Positions 56,701-64,000 of a stretch of 64,000 nucleotides of DNA are shown here, piece after piece. The stretch's first letter is position 1; the number at the start of each line of letters is the position of its first letter. The notes beneath the pieces were generated by a model that made no database searches, was not told the DNA's origin, and saw nothing but the letters and a program-made list of their open reading frames with translations. The translations under genes were made by a program, and so were the position numbers. This DNA comes from Verrucomicrobiota bacterium. Lineage in GTDB: Bacteria > Verrucomicrobiota > Verrucomicrobiia > Verrucomicrobiales > V1-33. Location of the stretch: contig JBDKER010000012.1 of NCBI GenBank assembly GCA_039795165.1, positions 50,057 through 114,056 on the forward strand. The letters are read 5' to 3'.

Positions 56701-57669
56701 TCAGGGATTGACGGGGGGGAGAGCCTTGAGGGGAGCCGACATCTGTTCGGGGTCGGGCAAGGGCAGGGGAGGCAGAGGATATTGGGGCGTGGCGTTTTCC
56801 GGAGCGTTGGGTGGGAGTGGTTCCCTGCGGAGGATGTCGCCGCCTTCATCGGTATCGGTGACGGTATCGAATTGGGTATCTGCGTTGAGGTCTTCGAGGG
56901 TGCGCCAGAGAATTCCGTCGCGGAAAATCCTGCGGGTGCGGATGGGGCCCGAGCCGCCCGGGCGGAGGTCTGTGTAGAACGGGAGGCCCTCGGGATCGAA
57001 GGTGGTGCGTTCGTCCCAGCGCCCATCGCCATCGAGGTCGCGGTCGCGGTAGGCGATTTTCTGGCGCTGCCAGATCCAGCGGATGTCGATGGTGCCATCG
57101 AAGTTGCGGTCTTCCTGCCATGAGACCGGGCGGCCCGAGGCGGTGTATTCTCGGAAGGTATCGGCGATGCTGTCGCCGTTGAGATCTTCCTCGATGGTGT
57201 AGGTTTCGGCTTCGTCATCGGCCGGTGCGCGGCGCTGTTTCGGACCGAGGAGAGCATTGCCTGCGTAGAGCAGAAAGAGAGCGGCCCCAAGGACCGCGAC
57301 ACCGATCATGAAGATGGAGCCGCTTTTCTTCTGGGCTTCCGGGGTGCGGCGGCGCAGCCGGCTTCCTGAGGATTTCCGCGGTGCAGCGGCTGAATCAGCA
57401 GACTGAGTTGCGGGGCGTCCGGGAGCCTCGCTGGGGGGCATGCGGAGCAGGAGGCGGGCGGCATCGGAAGCCATTTCCGGGGGAACCTGGAGGGCGCATC
57501 CACGCATCTCGCGGACCCCGGTTTTGGGATCGGCCATCCAGAATTCCTGGAGGGAAGCCGTGATCTCGTGTTCCGCGAGGAGATCACGGGCACGTTCCGC
57601 GTCATCGCGACGGGCGAACGACCGGATGATCCTTGGCTGGGAAGATGGACCGGAAGGGGAATCAGTCAT
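56701..57669 (-). CDS. Single-pass membrane protein with DxNxDG repeats
   Basis: N-terminal DAERARDLLAEHEI domain, one TM segment, then EDLNGD / EDRNFDG / RDLDGDG / EDLNAD repeats. Confidence 0.7.
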   Translation of the reverse strand: MTDSPSGPSSQPRIIRSFARRDDAERARDLLAEHEITASLQEFWMADPKTGVREMRGCALQVPPEMASDAARLLLRMPPSEAPGRPATQSADSAAAPRKSSGSRLRRRTPEAQKKSGSIFMIGVAVLGAALFLLYAGNALLGPKQRRAPADDEAETYTIEEDLNGDSIADTFREYTASGRPVSWQEDRNFDGTIDIRWIWQRQKIAYRDRDLDGDGRWDERTTFDPEGLPFYTDLRPGGSGPIRTRRIFRDGILWRTLEDLNADTQFDTVTDTDEGGDILRREPLPPNAPENATPQYPLPPLPLPDPEQMSAPLKALPPVNP

Positions 57670-57690
57670 GGGGCGGGGACGTTTCCGGTA

Positions 57691-58275
57691 TCAGATGCCG
57701 GCGGCCTGACGGATTTCGGCTGCGAGGTTTTCCAAAGAAGCTTCGGCGAGGACCGGCTCCATGCGGAGGGCGTGGCGCGGGGGATCCGGGAGCGCGAGCC
57801 ATGAGCGGCAGCCACCGTATTTCGGGGCGTCGGGAAAGGTCCATGGTTCACTGAGCCGGAACACCCTCAGGAATGCCATGCTGATGCCCTCATGGCCGGT
57901 GTAGTCGAACCGTTCCCGGATGGCTTCTTCCGTCCAGAAGTGAAACGCTTTGAGGGCCGCCACCCTGTCCCATGAGGTCAGCTGCGCCTTGAAGACGACT
58001 TCGGCGTACAGAGAAATCGTGTGTTCCGCGGGATGTTCCGGCAGCACCTGGCTTGCGGCGGAGTGCGGCCATGGAAACGACTTCTCCTGCTCATGGAAAT
58101 GAGTGGGAAACAGGTAGAAGCGGTCGTGCTGCCACCAGAACCCGCGCTGACCCTCGTGGATGCCACCCTTTCTCAGAATGATCGATTGTTCCCCGGAACC
58201 GAGGGCTGAGCAGACCAAAGACCATTCCTTGAAGCCGTAGGGCGCTGGGCTGAATTCGTTAGGAGGCTGGCTCAT
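57691..58275 (-). CDS. DUF1802 family protein
   Basis: FKEW..V..AL..GEQ.IILRKGGIHE, LFPTHFHE, YGGCRSW. Confidence 0.85.
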   Translation of the reverse strand: MSQPPNEFSPAPYGFKEWSLVCSALGSGEQSIILRKGGIHEGQRGFWWQHDRFYLFPTHFHEQEKSFPWPHSAASQVLPEHPAEHTISLYAEVVFKAQLTSWDRVAALKAFHFWTEEAIRERFDYTGHEGISMAFLRVFRLSEPWTFPDAPKYGGCRSWLALPDPPRHALRMEPVLAEASLENLAAEIRQAAGI

Positions 58276-58328
58276 GGATCTGGCGGAGAATGGGGGAGAG
58301 GGATCATGATTTCCAGACGGAAATCGGT

Positions 58329-59126
58329 TCAGGGATTTCCCATTTCGGCATCGAGATGCTGCTTGAGCCGGCGGATCGCTTCGGACTGGTCAAAACCTTC
58401 CGGAGTCCGGGATTCCGCGGAGGCCGAGAAGGCCTTCTCGCCACGCCGCCAGCGGTCGGCGCAGCCAGGATCCGCCAGCGCCTCTGCAAGGGCCGACGGA
58501 AGATCGTAATAGGAAGCATCGAGTCCGGCCTTGAGAAACGCATGGTGCACAGCGGCGGCGGCCGCCCGGCCGGATTCATGCACGACCGGAAACTCGACCT
58601 CTGCCTCTGCCACGGGATCCTTCCAGAGGGCTTCACAGGCTTCAAGGTCCCGGGAAAAATAGCGGCGGCAGGCCGCGGGCCGCACCGGATAGACCGAGCA
58701 GATGCCATCCTTCAGCAGCAGGCAGGGCTGACGGTCAATCTGGCGCTGGGCGTGGTTCTGGTGCTGCCTACGGTCCCGCCGGGCCGCCGCTGCATCGCGG
58801 AGTTCCTCGACTTCCCATGGAGTCCAATGGGCACGCACGTAGGCACCAATCAGGATCACCTCGTGCGCGAGAGCATCGATGTTGAGCCAGCAGCAGAACG
58901 AACAACCCGGGGCGCACACGGTCTCGGCCCCCGTTGCTTTCCGGACGCCGTCGACCGAGGCCTCGATGTGGTGGAGCGCCGCCTGGGCGACCGCGAGCAC
59001 AGCCCCGGTGGCATCAGCGCCCGCCAGCGCATTGCTGACAGCTTCTCTGGTGCGATGGTAGATGGAACCCAGCAGTTGCCGCTGCGGATCGTCGGTTGGC
59101 ACAGTGCTGTCATCGTTCATGAACAT
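58329..59126 (-). CDS. YkgJ-family cysteine-cluster protein
   Basis: CAPGCSFCC...PCLLLKDGICSVYPVRPAACR. True start 59126 or 59120; the track extension overlaps the tRNA. Confidence 0.85.
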   Translation of the reverse strand: MFMNDDSTVPTDDPQRQLLGSIYHRTREAVSNALAGADATGAVLAVAQAALHHIEASVDGVRKATGAETVCAPGCSFCCWLNIDALAHEVILIGAYVRAHWTPWEVEELRDAAAARRDRRQHQNHAQRQIDRQPCLLLKDGICSVYPVRPAACRRYFSRDLEACEALWKDPVAEAEVEFPVVHESGRAAAAAVHHAFLKAGLDASYYDLPSALAEALADPGCADRWRRGEKAFSASAESRTPEGFDQSEAIRRLKQHLDAEMGNP

Positions 59127-59232
59127 TCCGCTATCCGGGGTGTGGGTTCCGGGCAAGACGCAGGCTGCTGAAATTTCGCCTGGAAATCCGTGGCGGCCCG
59201 TTTTACTCTTCCCCTCGCCGTCTTCCCGGCAT

Positions 59233-59309
59233 GGTGACCGTAGCTCAGTCGGTAGAGCCCCGGATTGTGGTTCCGGTTGTCGCGGGTTCGAGCCCCGTCG
59301 GTCACCCCA
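59233..59309 (+). tRNA. tRNA-His (GTG) with encoded G-1 and CCA
   Basis: G-GTGACCG...CGGTCAC-C-CCA acceptor stem; CCGGA-TTGTGGT-TCCGG anticodon arm; GGTTCGAG T-loop. Confidence 0.97.
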
Positions 59310-59322
59310 TTTCTTACTCCGC

Positions 59323-60060
59323 ATGCATCCGCTGGAAGAAACGCTCGGCCATACGTTTTCCGTTCCAGGGCTCCTTGAACAGGCGCTGACGCATCCAAGT
59401 GTCGCTTACGAACTGCATCGGCCCCACACGAGTAATCAACGGCTCGAGTTCCTCGGAGATGCGGTGCTTCAGCTCCTCCTGACAGATTTCCTCTTCCGGG
59501 CCTTTCCCTCATTCCATGAAGGAAGCCTGACAAAACTGCGGGCGCGTGTGGTTTCGCGCGGTGCCCTTGCGGCCCTCGCCCGGAATCTGGGTCTAGGCGA
59601 TCTCATGCAGATGGGCCGGGGCGAAGAAGCGGCCGGTGGCAGAGAGCGGGACAGCACCCTCGCGGATGCCATGGAGGCCGTCGTGGGAGCTTTGTATCTG
59701 GATGCCGGGGTCGAAATCACAAGGCGGATCGTGCTCTCATTGTTCGCCGATACCCTGCAGAAACTGACCGATGAACCCCGGGAAGTGAATCCCAAGGGCC
59801 AACTGCAGGAAACGCTCCAGACCCTTGCCCTCGGAAGCCCCGGCTACACCATCGTTTCGGAAGACGGCCCGGATCACCGCAAAGTGTTTGTGGCTACGGT
59901 CGCATGGAACGGAAGAGTGCTGGGCACAGGCACGGGAAGCAGCAAAAAGCAGGCACAGACCGCAGCCGCGGCCGCCGCCCTCCTCGATCCAGAGGTCGCC
60001 GCCATGGCCGGAAATCCACTCATCCCAGGCAGCAGAGCCACCACGGCCGATGATTCCTGA
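59323..60060 (+). CDS. rnc: Ribonuclease III
   Basis: ALTHPS, NQRLEFLGDAVL, EGSLTKLR, ADAMEA, dsRBD NPKGQLQE..GPDH..SKKQA; ATG at 59323. Confidence 0.95.
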   Translation: MHPLEETLGHTFSVPGLLEQALTHPSVAYELHRPHTSNQRLEFLGDAVLQLLLTDFLFRAFPSFHEGSLTKLRARVVSRGALAALARNLGLGDLMQMGRGEEAAGGRERDSTLADAMEAVVGALYLDAGVEITRRIVLSLFADTLQKLTDEPREVNPKGQLQETLQTLALGSPGYTIVSEDGPDHRKVFVATVAWNGRVLGTGTGSSKKQAQTAAAAAALLDPEVAAMAGNPLIPGSRATTADDS

Positions 60061-60079
60061 AAAAAAGTGCCTCCTTACC

Positions 60080-60295
60080 GCGTGTGAACAACCCGGTGAA
60101 GAAGTGCGGAACTGTTCCCTGGCACATGCGGGAACAGAATCATTCGCCGGATGCTGGCAGCGGAATGCCGGGATTATGCGCCGCTCACCATACCGTGGAA
60201 CACCTGCTGCGACAATGTGGAACACGGTTCCTGGACTTGTTCACCGGACTTATGATGATGAGTTTCTATCTAAGATAAATAAATTCCATACCATC
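60080..60295. other. Candidate replication origin (DnaA-box-like 9-mers, trio-like repeat, AT-rich tract)
   Basis: TGTGAACAA 60083, CGTGGAACA 60194, TGTGGAACA 60216, TTGTTCACC 60237, then GGAC-TTATGATGATGA and AT-rich 60263-60290. Confidence 0.5.
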
Positions 60296-60392
60296 TCCGC
60301 CACCATCACAAGGATCCCGGAGCCAGAGAGATTGTGCTTGCCGCATCCGCATTCCCTGGAATGATGGCTCCGAAAGCAATTCCGTCAGAAAC

Positions 60393-60623
60393 ATGCCCGA
60401 CCATTTCGATCAGTGGAAACGCCTGCAGGACCGTCAGGGGTCCACTGACAAATTTGTCACGAAAGCTCGGCATGTCTCGCGTTACCGCGGCCCCAAGCCA
60501 GCCAGTGAACCGCGTCTGGAGGCCCAGCGCGACCGGATCATCTTTCTCGTGGTGGTCGGAATCCTTGTCACCGTTGGCGTCATTGCAGCCATTGTGATGC
60601 TGAAATCGAAGTCGGGTGGCTGA
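60393..60623 (+). CDS. Small tail-anchored membrane protein (76 aa)
   Basis: Basic N-terminus plus a single C-terminal TM segment (IIFLVVVGILVTVGVIAAIVML). Confidence 0.6.
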   Translation: MPDHFDQWKRLQDRQGSTDKFVTKARHVSRYRGPKPASEPRLEAQRDRIIFLVVVGILVTVGVIAAIVMLKSKSGG

Positions 60624-60726
60624 CCTTCCGCGGGTGCCTTTGGCTTCCGCGTGATCCGTTCCACGGAAGCTGCCGTTTCCGCTTTCCTGACTGGCGCGGA
60701 TTCTGCTTTCTTCCTGAGGCGAGCAG

Positions 60727-62145
60727 ATGAAGGAATCGTACCGGCACACGAAGATCATAGCGACGCTGGGTCCGGCCACCGAGTCGAAGCCCATGCTCGC
60801 GGAATTGATCCGCGGCGGTGTCGATGTGATCCGGCTGAACATGGCCCACGCCACACATCAGTGGGTGGCCGATGCCCTTTGGTTCATCCGGGAGGTTTCC
60901 GCGGAAGTCGGGCGGCACGTCGCCGTCATGATGGACGTGAAGGGGCCGGAAATCCGGACCGGTACTCTGCCCGAGCCGCTGGAACTGCGGGCCGGTGATC
61001 TGCTCGAGTTTGTCGTGGAAGACGGCGAACCAACCGGTGACGCCGCATGGGTGCCGGTGAATTACGCAGGGTTGCCCGATGACGTGGAAGAGGGAGGCAC
61101 CATCCTCGTGGACAGCGGTCTCCTGCGCATGAAGGTCATGGCGCGGGGACAAGGCCGGGTCCGCTGCGAAGTCCTTACGCCCGGGCGGCTGGGATCAAAG
61201 CGCCATCTCAATCTGCCCGGCGTCCATGTGAGGCTCCCGGCGCTCACTTCCAAGGACGAGGAAGACCTGCGCGCCGGCATCGCCGCAGGAATCGATTTCG
61301 TGGCTCTGTCCTTTGTCAGGCAGGCCAATGACATCCAGGTGCTGCGGAAGTTTCTCGACTCCCACGGCTCTCCAGCCCGCATCATCGCCAAGATAGAAGA
61401 CCAGTCCGGCCTCCGGAATTCCGCCGGCATCATCGCAGCAGCAGACGCCGTCATGGTCGCACGCGGCGACCTCGGAATTGAAATCGAGTACCACCGGCTG
61501 CCCCTCGTGCAGATGGACCTCGTGCGGGCCTGCCAGGCTGCCGGAAAACCCGTGATCATTGCCACCCATCTGCTCGAAAGCATGATCGTTTCCCCCATGC
61601 CGACACGCGCGGAAGTTTCCGACGTATCGCACGCAGTCAGGGAAATGGCGGATGCCGTCATGCTTTCCGGCGAAACAACTACCGGCGCCTACCCTCTCGA
61701 AGCCCTCGAAGTGCTGTGCAAAATCATCGCCTCAACCGAACCACAGCTGACCCGGGGCATCAATGAAACCATCCAGCTTGGCACCGTGAAGGAACGCCTG
61801 CTGCGCGCCGCAGCGCTGCTGGCGCAGGACCTCGGGGATTCCGGCATCGTCGTCTTCACGAAGACTGGATCACTGCCATGGACCCTCGCAGGACTGCGGG
61901 CCCGCGGGGTGCCCATCTACGGCTTCACGGACGTGCCCCACGTGTTCCGTCAGTTGCTGCTGCCATGGGGAGTGGAACCTTTCCTCATGGAACTCAGCGG
62001 AGATCCGGAAGAAACCATCGGAAGAGCACTCCTGAGGCTGCGGGACCGAGGATGGTGCCAGTCAGGCCAGTGGCTCGCTGTGATCACCAATGTGCTGGCG
62101 TCAGGCAGCGTCATCGATACGATCCAGCTCCGCCAGGTGCCGTGA
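60727..62145 (+). CDS. pyk: Pyruvate kinase
   Basis: TKIIATLGPAT, RLNMAH, DVKGPEIRTG, IIAKIE, MVARGDLG, PTRAEVSD, MLSGET. Confidence 0.96.
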   Translation: MKESYRHTKIIATLGPATESKPMLAELIRGGVDVIRLNMAHATHQWVADALWFIREVSAEVGRHVAVMMDVKGPEIRTGTLPEPLELRAGDLLEFVVEDGEPTGDAAWVPVNYAGLPDDVEEGGTILVDSGLLRMKVMARGQGRVRCEVLTPGRLGSKRHLNLPGVHVRLPALTSKDEEDLRAGIAAGIDFVALSFVRQANDIQVLRKFLDSHGSPARIIAKIEDQSGLRNSAGIIAAADAVMVARGDLGIEIEYHRLPLVQMDLVRACQAAGKPVIIATHLLESMIVSPMPTRAEVSDVSHAVREMADAVMLSGETTTGAYPLEALEVLCKIIASTEPQLTRGINETIQLGTVKERLLRAAALLAQDLGDSGIVVFTKTGSLPWTLAGLRARGVPIYGFTDVPHVFRQLLLPWGVEPFLMELSGDPEETIGRALLRLRDRGWCQSGQWLAVITNVLASGSVIDTIQLRQVP

Positions 62146-62244
62146 AAACGCAGAGTATCGACCAAACCAATGGACGGCGTCGGTTTATTGATGCGCCAGG
62201 CCGGAATCCAGGTGAGAACGGGGACGACTCCCCCGTAACTCTGC

Positions 62245-64000
62245 ATGAAAGCCTTTCTGCGACTGCTTTTCCGACTCCTCTTCCGATTCCGGGTCATCAA
62301 TGCCGAGGTCCTGTCGGCTCCTGGCCCGCTTCTGCTCCTCCCGAACCACGTTTCATGGATTGATTGGCTCCTGCTGTGGGCATGGGCACCGCTGGGCTGG
62401 CGCGCCGTGGTTTCCAAACGGACCGCACAGACCTCCGGCCTCCACCGCAGAATCATGCTGCACGACGGCACCTTTCCCGTCGATTTCGACTCGCCGTACG
62501 CCATGAAGCATATTGCTGCCTTCCTGCGCGATGGCGGCAAGCTGCTCCTGTTTCCAGAAGGCCGCCTCTCGCGGACGGGTTCGCTCATGCGCCTGTTCGG
62601 AGGCACAGGGTTCCTCCTCACAAAAACCAAGGCAAAGGTCGTGCTCTGCCATTTCCGCGGCGCCGATCGGCTTCCAGCATCGCCAAACCCCAACAGGAAA
62701 CGCTGGTTTCCCCGCGTCACGGCCCACCTCAGCAAGGTCATGGAGGTACCGGCGTTCGCCGGCGAACGTTCCGCCATGCAAAGAGCCGCGGCCAACGCAT
62801 GGCTCCGTGATCAGATGGTTTCATTCCGGTTTGCCGTGGAAATGGAACACGGGGCAGGGGACCTCACCGAGGCCATGACCGATGCCGCCGCCCTCCACGG
62901 CAAGGCCACCGCCCTCGAGGACATGAACGGATCCATGTCGCGCGAACGCCTCATGCTGGGAGCCAGACTATTCGCGGACCAACTGGCCGAAGTCCTCGAT
63001 CAAGGTAATCCCCGCACCGGCGTGCTGCTGCCGAACGTGAATGCTGCTCCAGTGGTCCTGCTCTCTCTGTGGGCCCTCGGCAAGGAAGCCGCCCTCCTCA
63101 ATTTTTCATCAGGCCCCGCCCAGATGCTCGCCTGCGCACAGTCAGCGGGTCTGCGCGATCTGGTGACCTCACGGTCCTTCCTGGCCAAGGCTCGTATCGA
63201 TCTCGGCATGCTCGAAACGGCCGGTGTCCGTCTGGTCTATCTGGAGGATCTGCGCGACCGGATCTCGGCCGCCGACAAACTGAAAGCCAAAATCTCCACC
63301 ATGACAGGCGGAGGATTGGGCCCCCGCGCACGCCACGCATGGGACGGCCTCTCCCGCGAAGAACGCGGCTCACGCACTGCCGTGATCCTCTTCACAAGTG
63401 GCTCCGAAGGCGTTCCGAAAGGCGTCCAGCTCAGCCACCGGAACATTCTCGCCAACGTCCGCCAGATGCTGGCCGTCACCGACCTCACAGACGCCGACAA
63501 ACTCTTCAATGCCATGCCGCTCTTCCACAGCTTCGGCCTCACCGTGGGCTGCGTGCTGCCACTGCTTAGCGGCATGTCCGTGTATCTTTATCCCTCGCCA
63601 CTGCACTACCGCATCATCCCGTCGGCGGTCTACGAATGCGACGCGACCCTCATGATTGCCACCAACACGTTCCTCAATGGCTACGCCCGCAAGGCCCACC
63701 CATACGACTTCCGGAGCGTCCGCTGTCTCTTCGTCGCCGCCGAAAAACTCCAGGAAGACACAGCCCGAATCTGGGCGCAGCGCTTCGGCATCCGCGTCCT
63801 CGAAGGATACGGTGCGACCGAATGCAGTCCCTCGGTGACCCTGAACACCGGACCCGCTCCAAAGTTCAGTTCAGCCGGCCGGCTCCTGCCAGGGATGGAA
63901 ATGCGCATGGATCCCGTCGAAGGCGTGGCCGAAGGCGGACGCCTGTTCGTGCGCGGCCCCAACGTCATGAAGGGATACCTCACGGATTCCCCGGAACTGC
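62245..64000 (+). CDS. aas: Bifunctional acyltransferase/acyl-ACP synthetase (Aas-like), 3' end outside the window
   Basis: Not in the track. From ATG 62245: MKAFLRLLF..PNHVSWID..LFPEG (PlsC domain), then LFTSGSEGVPKGV, EGYGATE, RGPNVMKGY (AMP-binding domain). Confidence 0.9.
   Translation, partial: MKAFLRLLFRLLFRFRVINAEVLSAPGPLLLLPNHVSWIDWLLLWAWAPLGWRAVVSKRTAQTSGLHRRIMLHDGTFPVDFDSPYAMKHIAAFLRDGGKLLLFPEGRLSRTGSLMRLFGGTGFLLTKTKAKVVLCHFRGADRLPASPNPNRKRWFPRVTAHLSKVMEVPAFAGERSAMQRAAANAWLRDQMVSFRFAVEMEHGAGDLTEAMTDAAALHGKATALEDMNGSMSRERLMLGARLFADQLAEVLDQGNPRTGVLLPNVNAAPVVLLSLWALGKEAALLNFSSGPAQMLACAQSAGLRDLVTSRSFLAKARIDLGMLETAGVRLVYLEDLRDRISAADKLKAKISTMTGGGLGPRARHAWDGLSREERGSRTAVILFTSGSEGVPKGVQLSHRNILANVRQMLAVTDLTDADKLFNAMPLFHSFGLTVGCVLPLLSGMSVYLYPSPLHYRIIPSAVYECDATLMIATNTFLNGYARKAHPYDFRSVRCLFVAAEKLQEDTARIWAQRFGIRVLEGYGATECSPSVTLNTGPAPKFSSAGRLLPGMEMRMDPVEGVAEGGRLFVRGPNVMKGYLTDSPEL

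Noticed and set aside
59233..59309. tRNA-His as an island integration site
   Set aside because: No integrase and no duplicated tRNA 3' end were seen; the flanking genes look housekeeping.
59127..59324. N-terminal extensions of the YkgJ and rnc ORFs in the track
   Set aside because: They are translations across the tRNA gene; downstream starts fit the families.

Overview
GC-rich bacterial chromosome segment, most consistent with Verrucomicrobiota (inferred from a PEP-CTERM protein, 'ADPDGDG...FxRL' C-terminal modules, a GntR-HTH/LacI-type regulator and the scarcity of Shine-Dalgarno sites). It has four parts. (1) 1-13.9 kb, minus strand: a secreted/surface cluster of a PEP-CTERM protein, a ~3485-aa SdrD-B/GEVED giant protein, a paralog of the PEP-CTERM protein with a different C-terminal tail, and a vanadium-haloperoxidase-like gene that runs off the left edge and is missing from the ORF track. 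(2) 14-19.3 kb: a regulator, an O-acetylesterase, a secreted protein and an ECF sigma factor whose 3' end overlaps a ~220-bp MITE-like element. (3) 19.4-51.4 kb, plus strand: a ~32-kb MarR- and RfaH/NusG-headed surface-glycan cluster (glf, wbpA/B/D/E-type diacetamido-uronic acid pathway, lhgO, two amidotransferases, two acylation systems, Wzx, Wzy-like), ending in an aldolase/FGGY kinase/Fe-ADH/cytidylyltransferase/CDP-alcohol phosphotransferase cassette. (4) 51.4-64 kb: an RHH-DUF433-like/cytidine deaminase fusion, mnmG with two perfect parS palindromes, an aldo-keto reductase, dGTPase, tRNA-His-rnc, pyk and aas. The best leads are the antitoxin-like/deaminase fusion, the putative CDP-polyol cassette, the tail-swapped surface cluster, and a candidate oriC near 60.2 kb where GC skew appears to flip with the opposite polarity to the usual. 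All family assignments come from motif recognition by eye; no database search was run.
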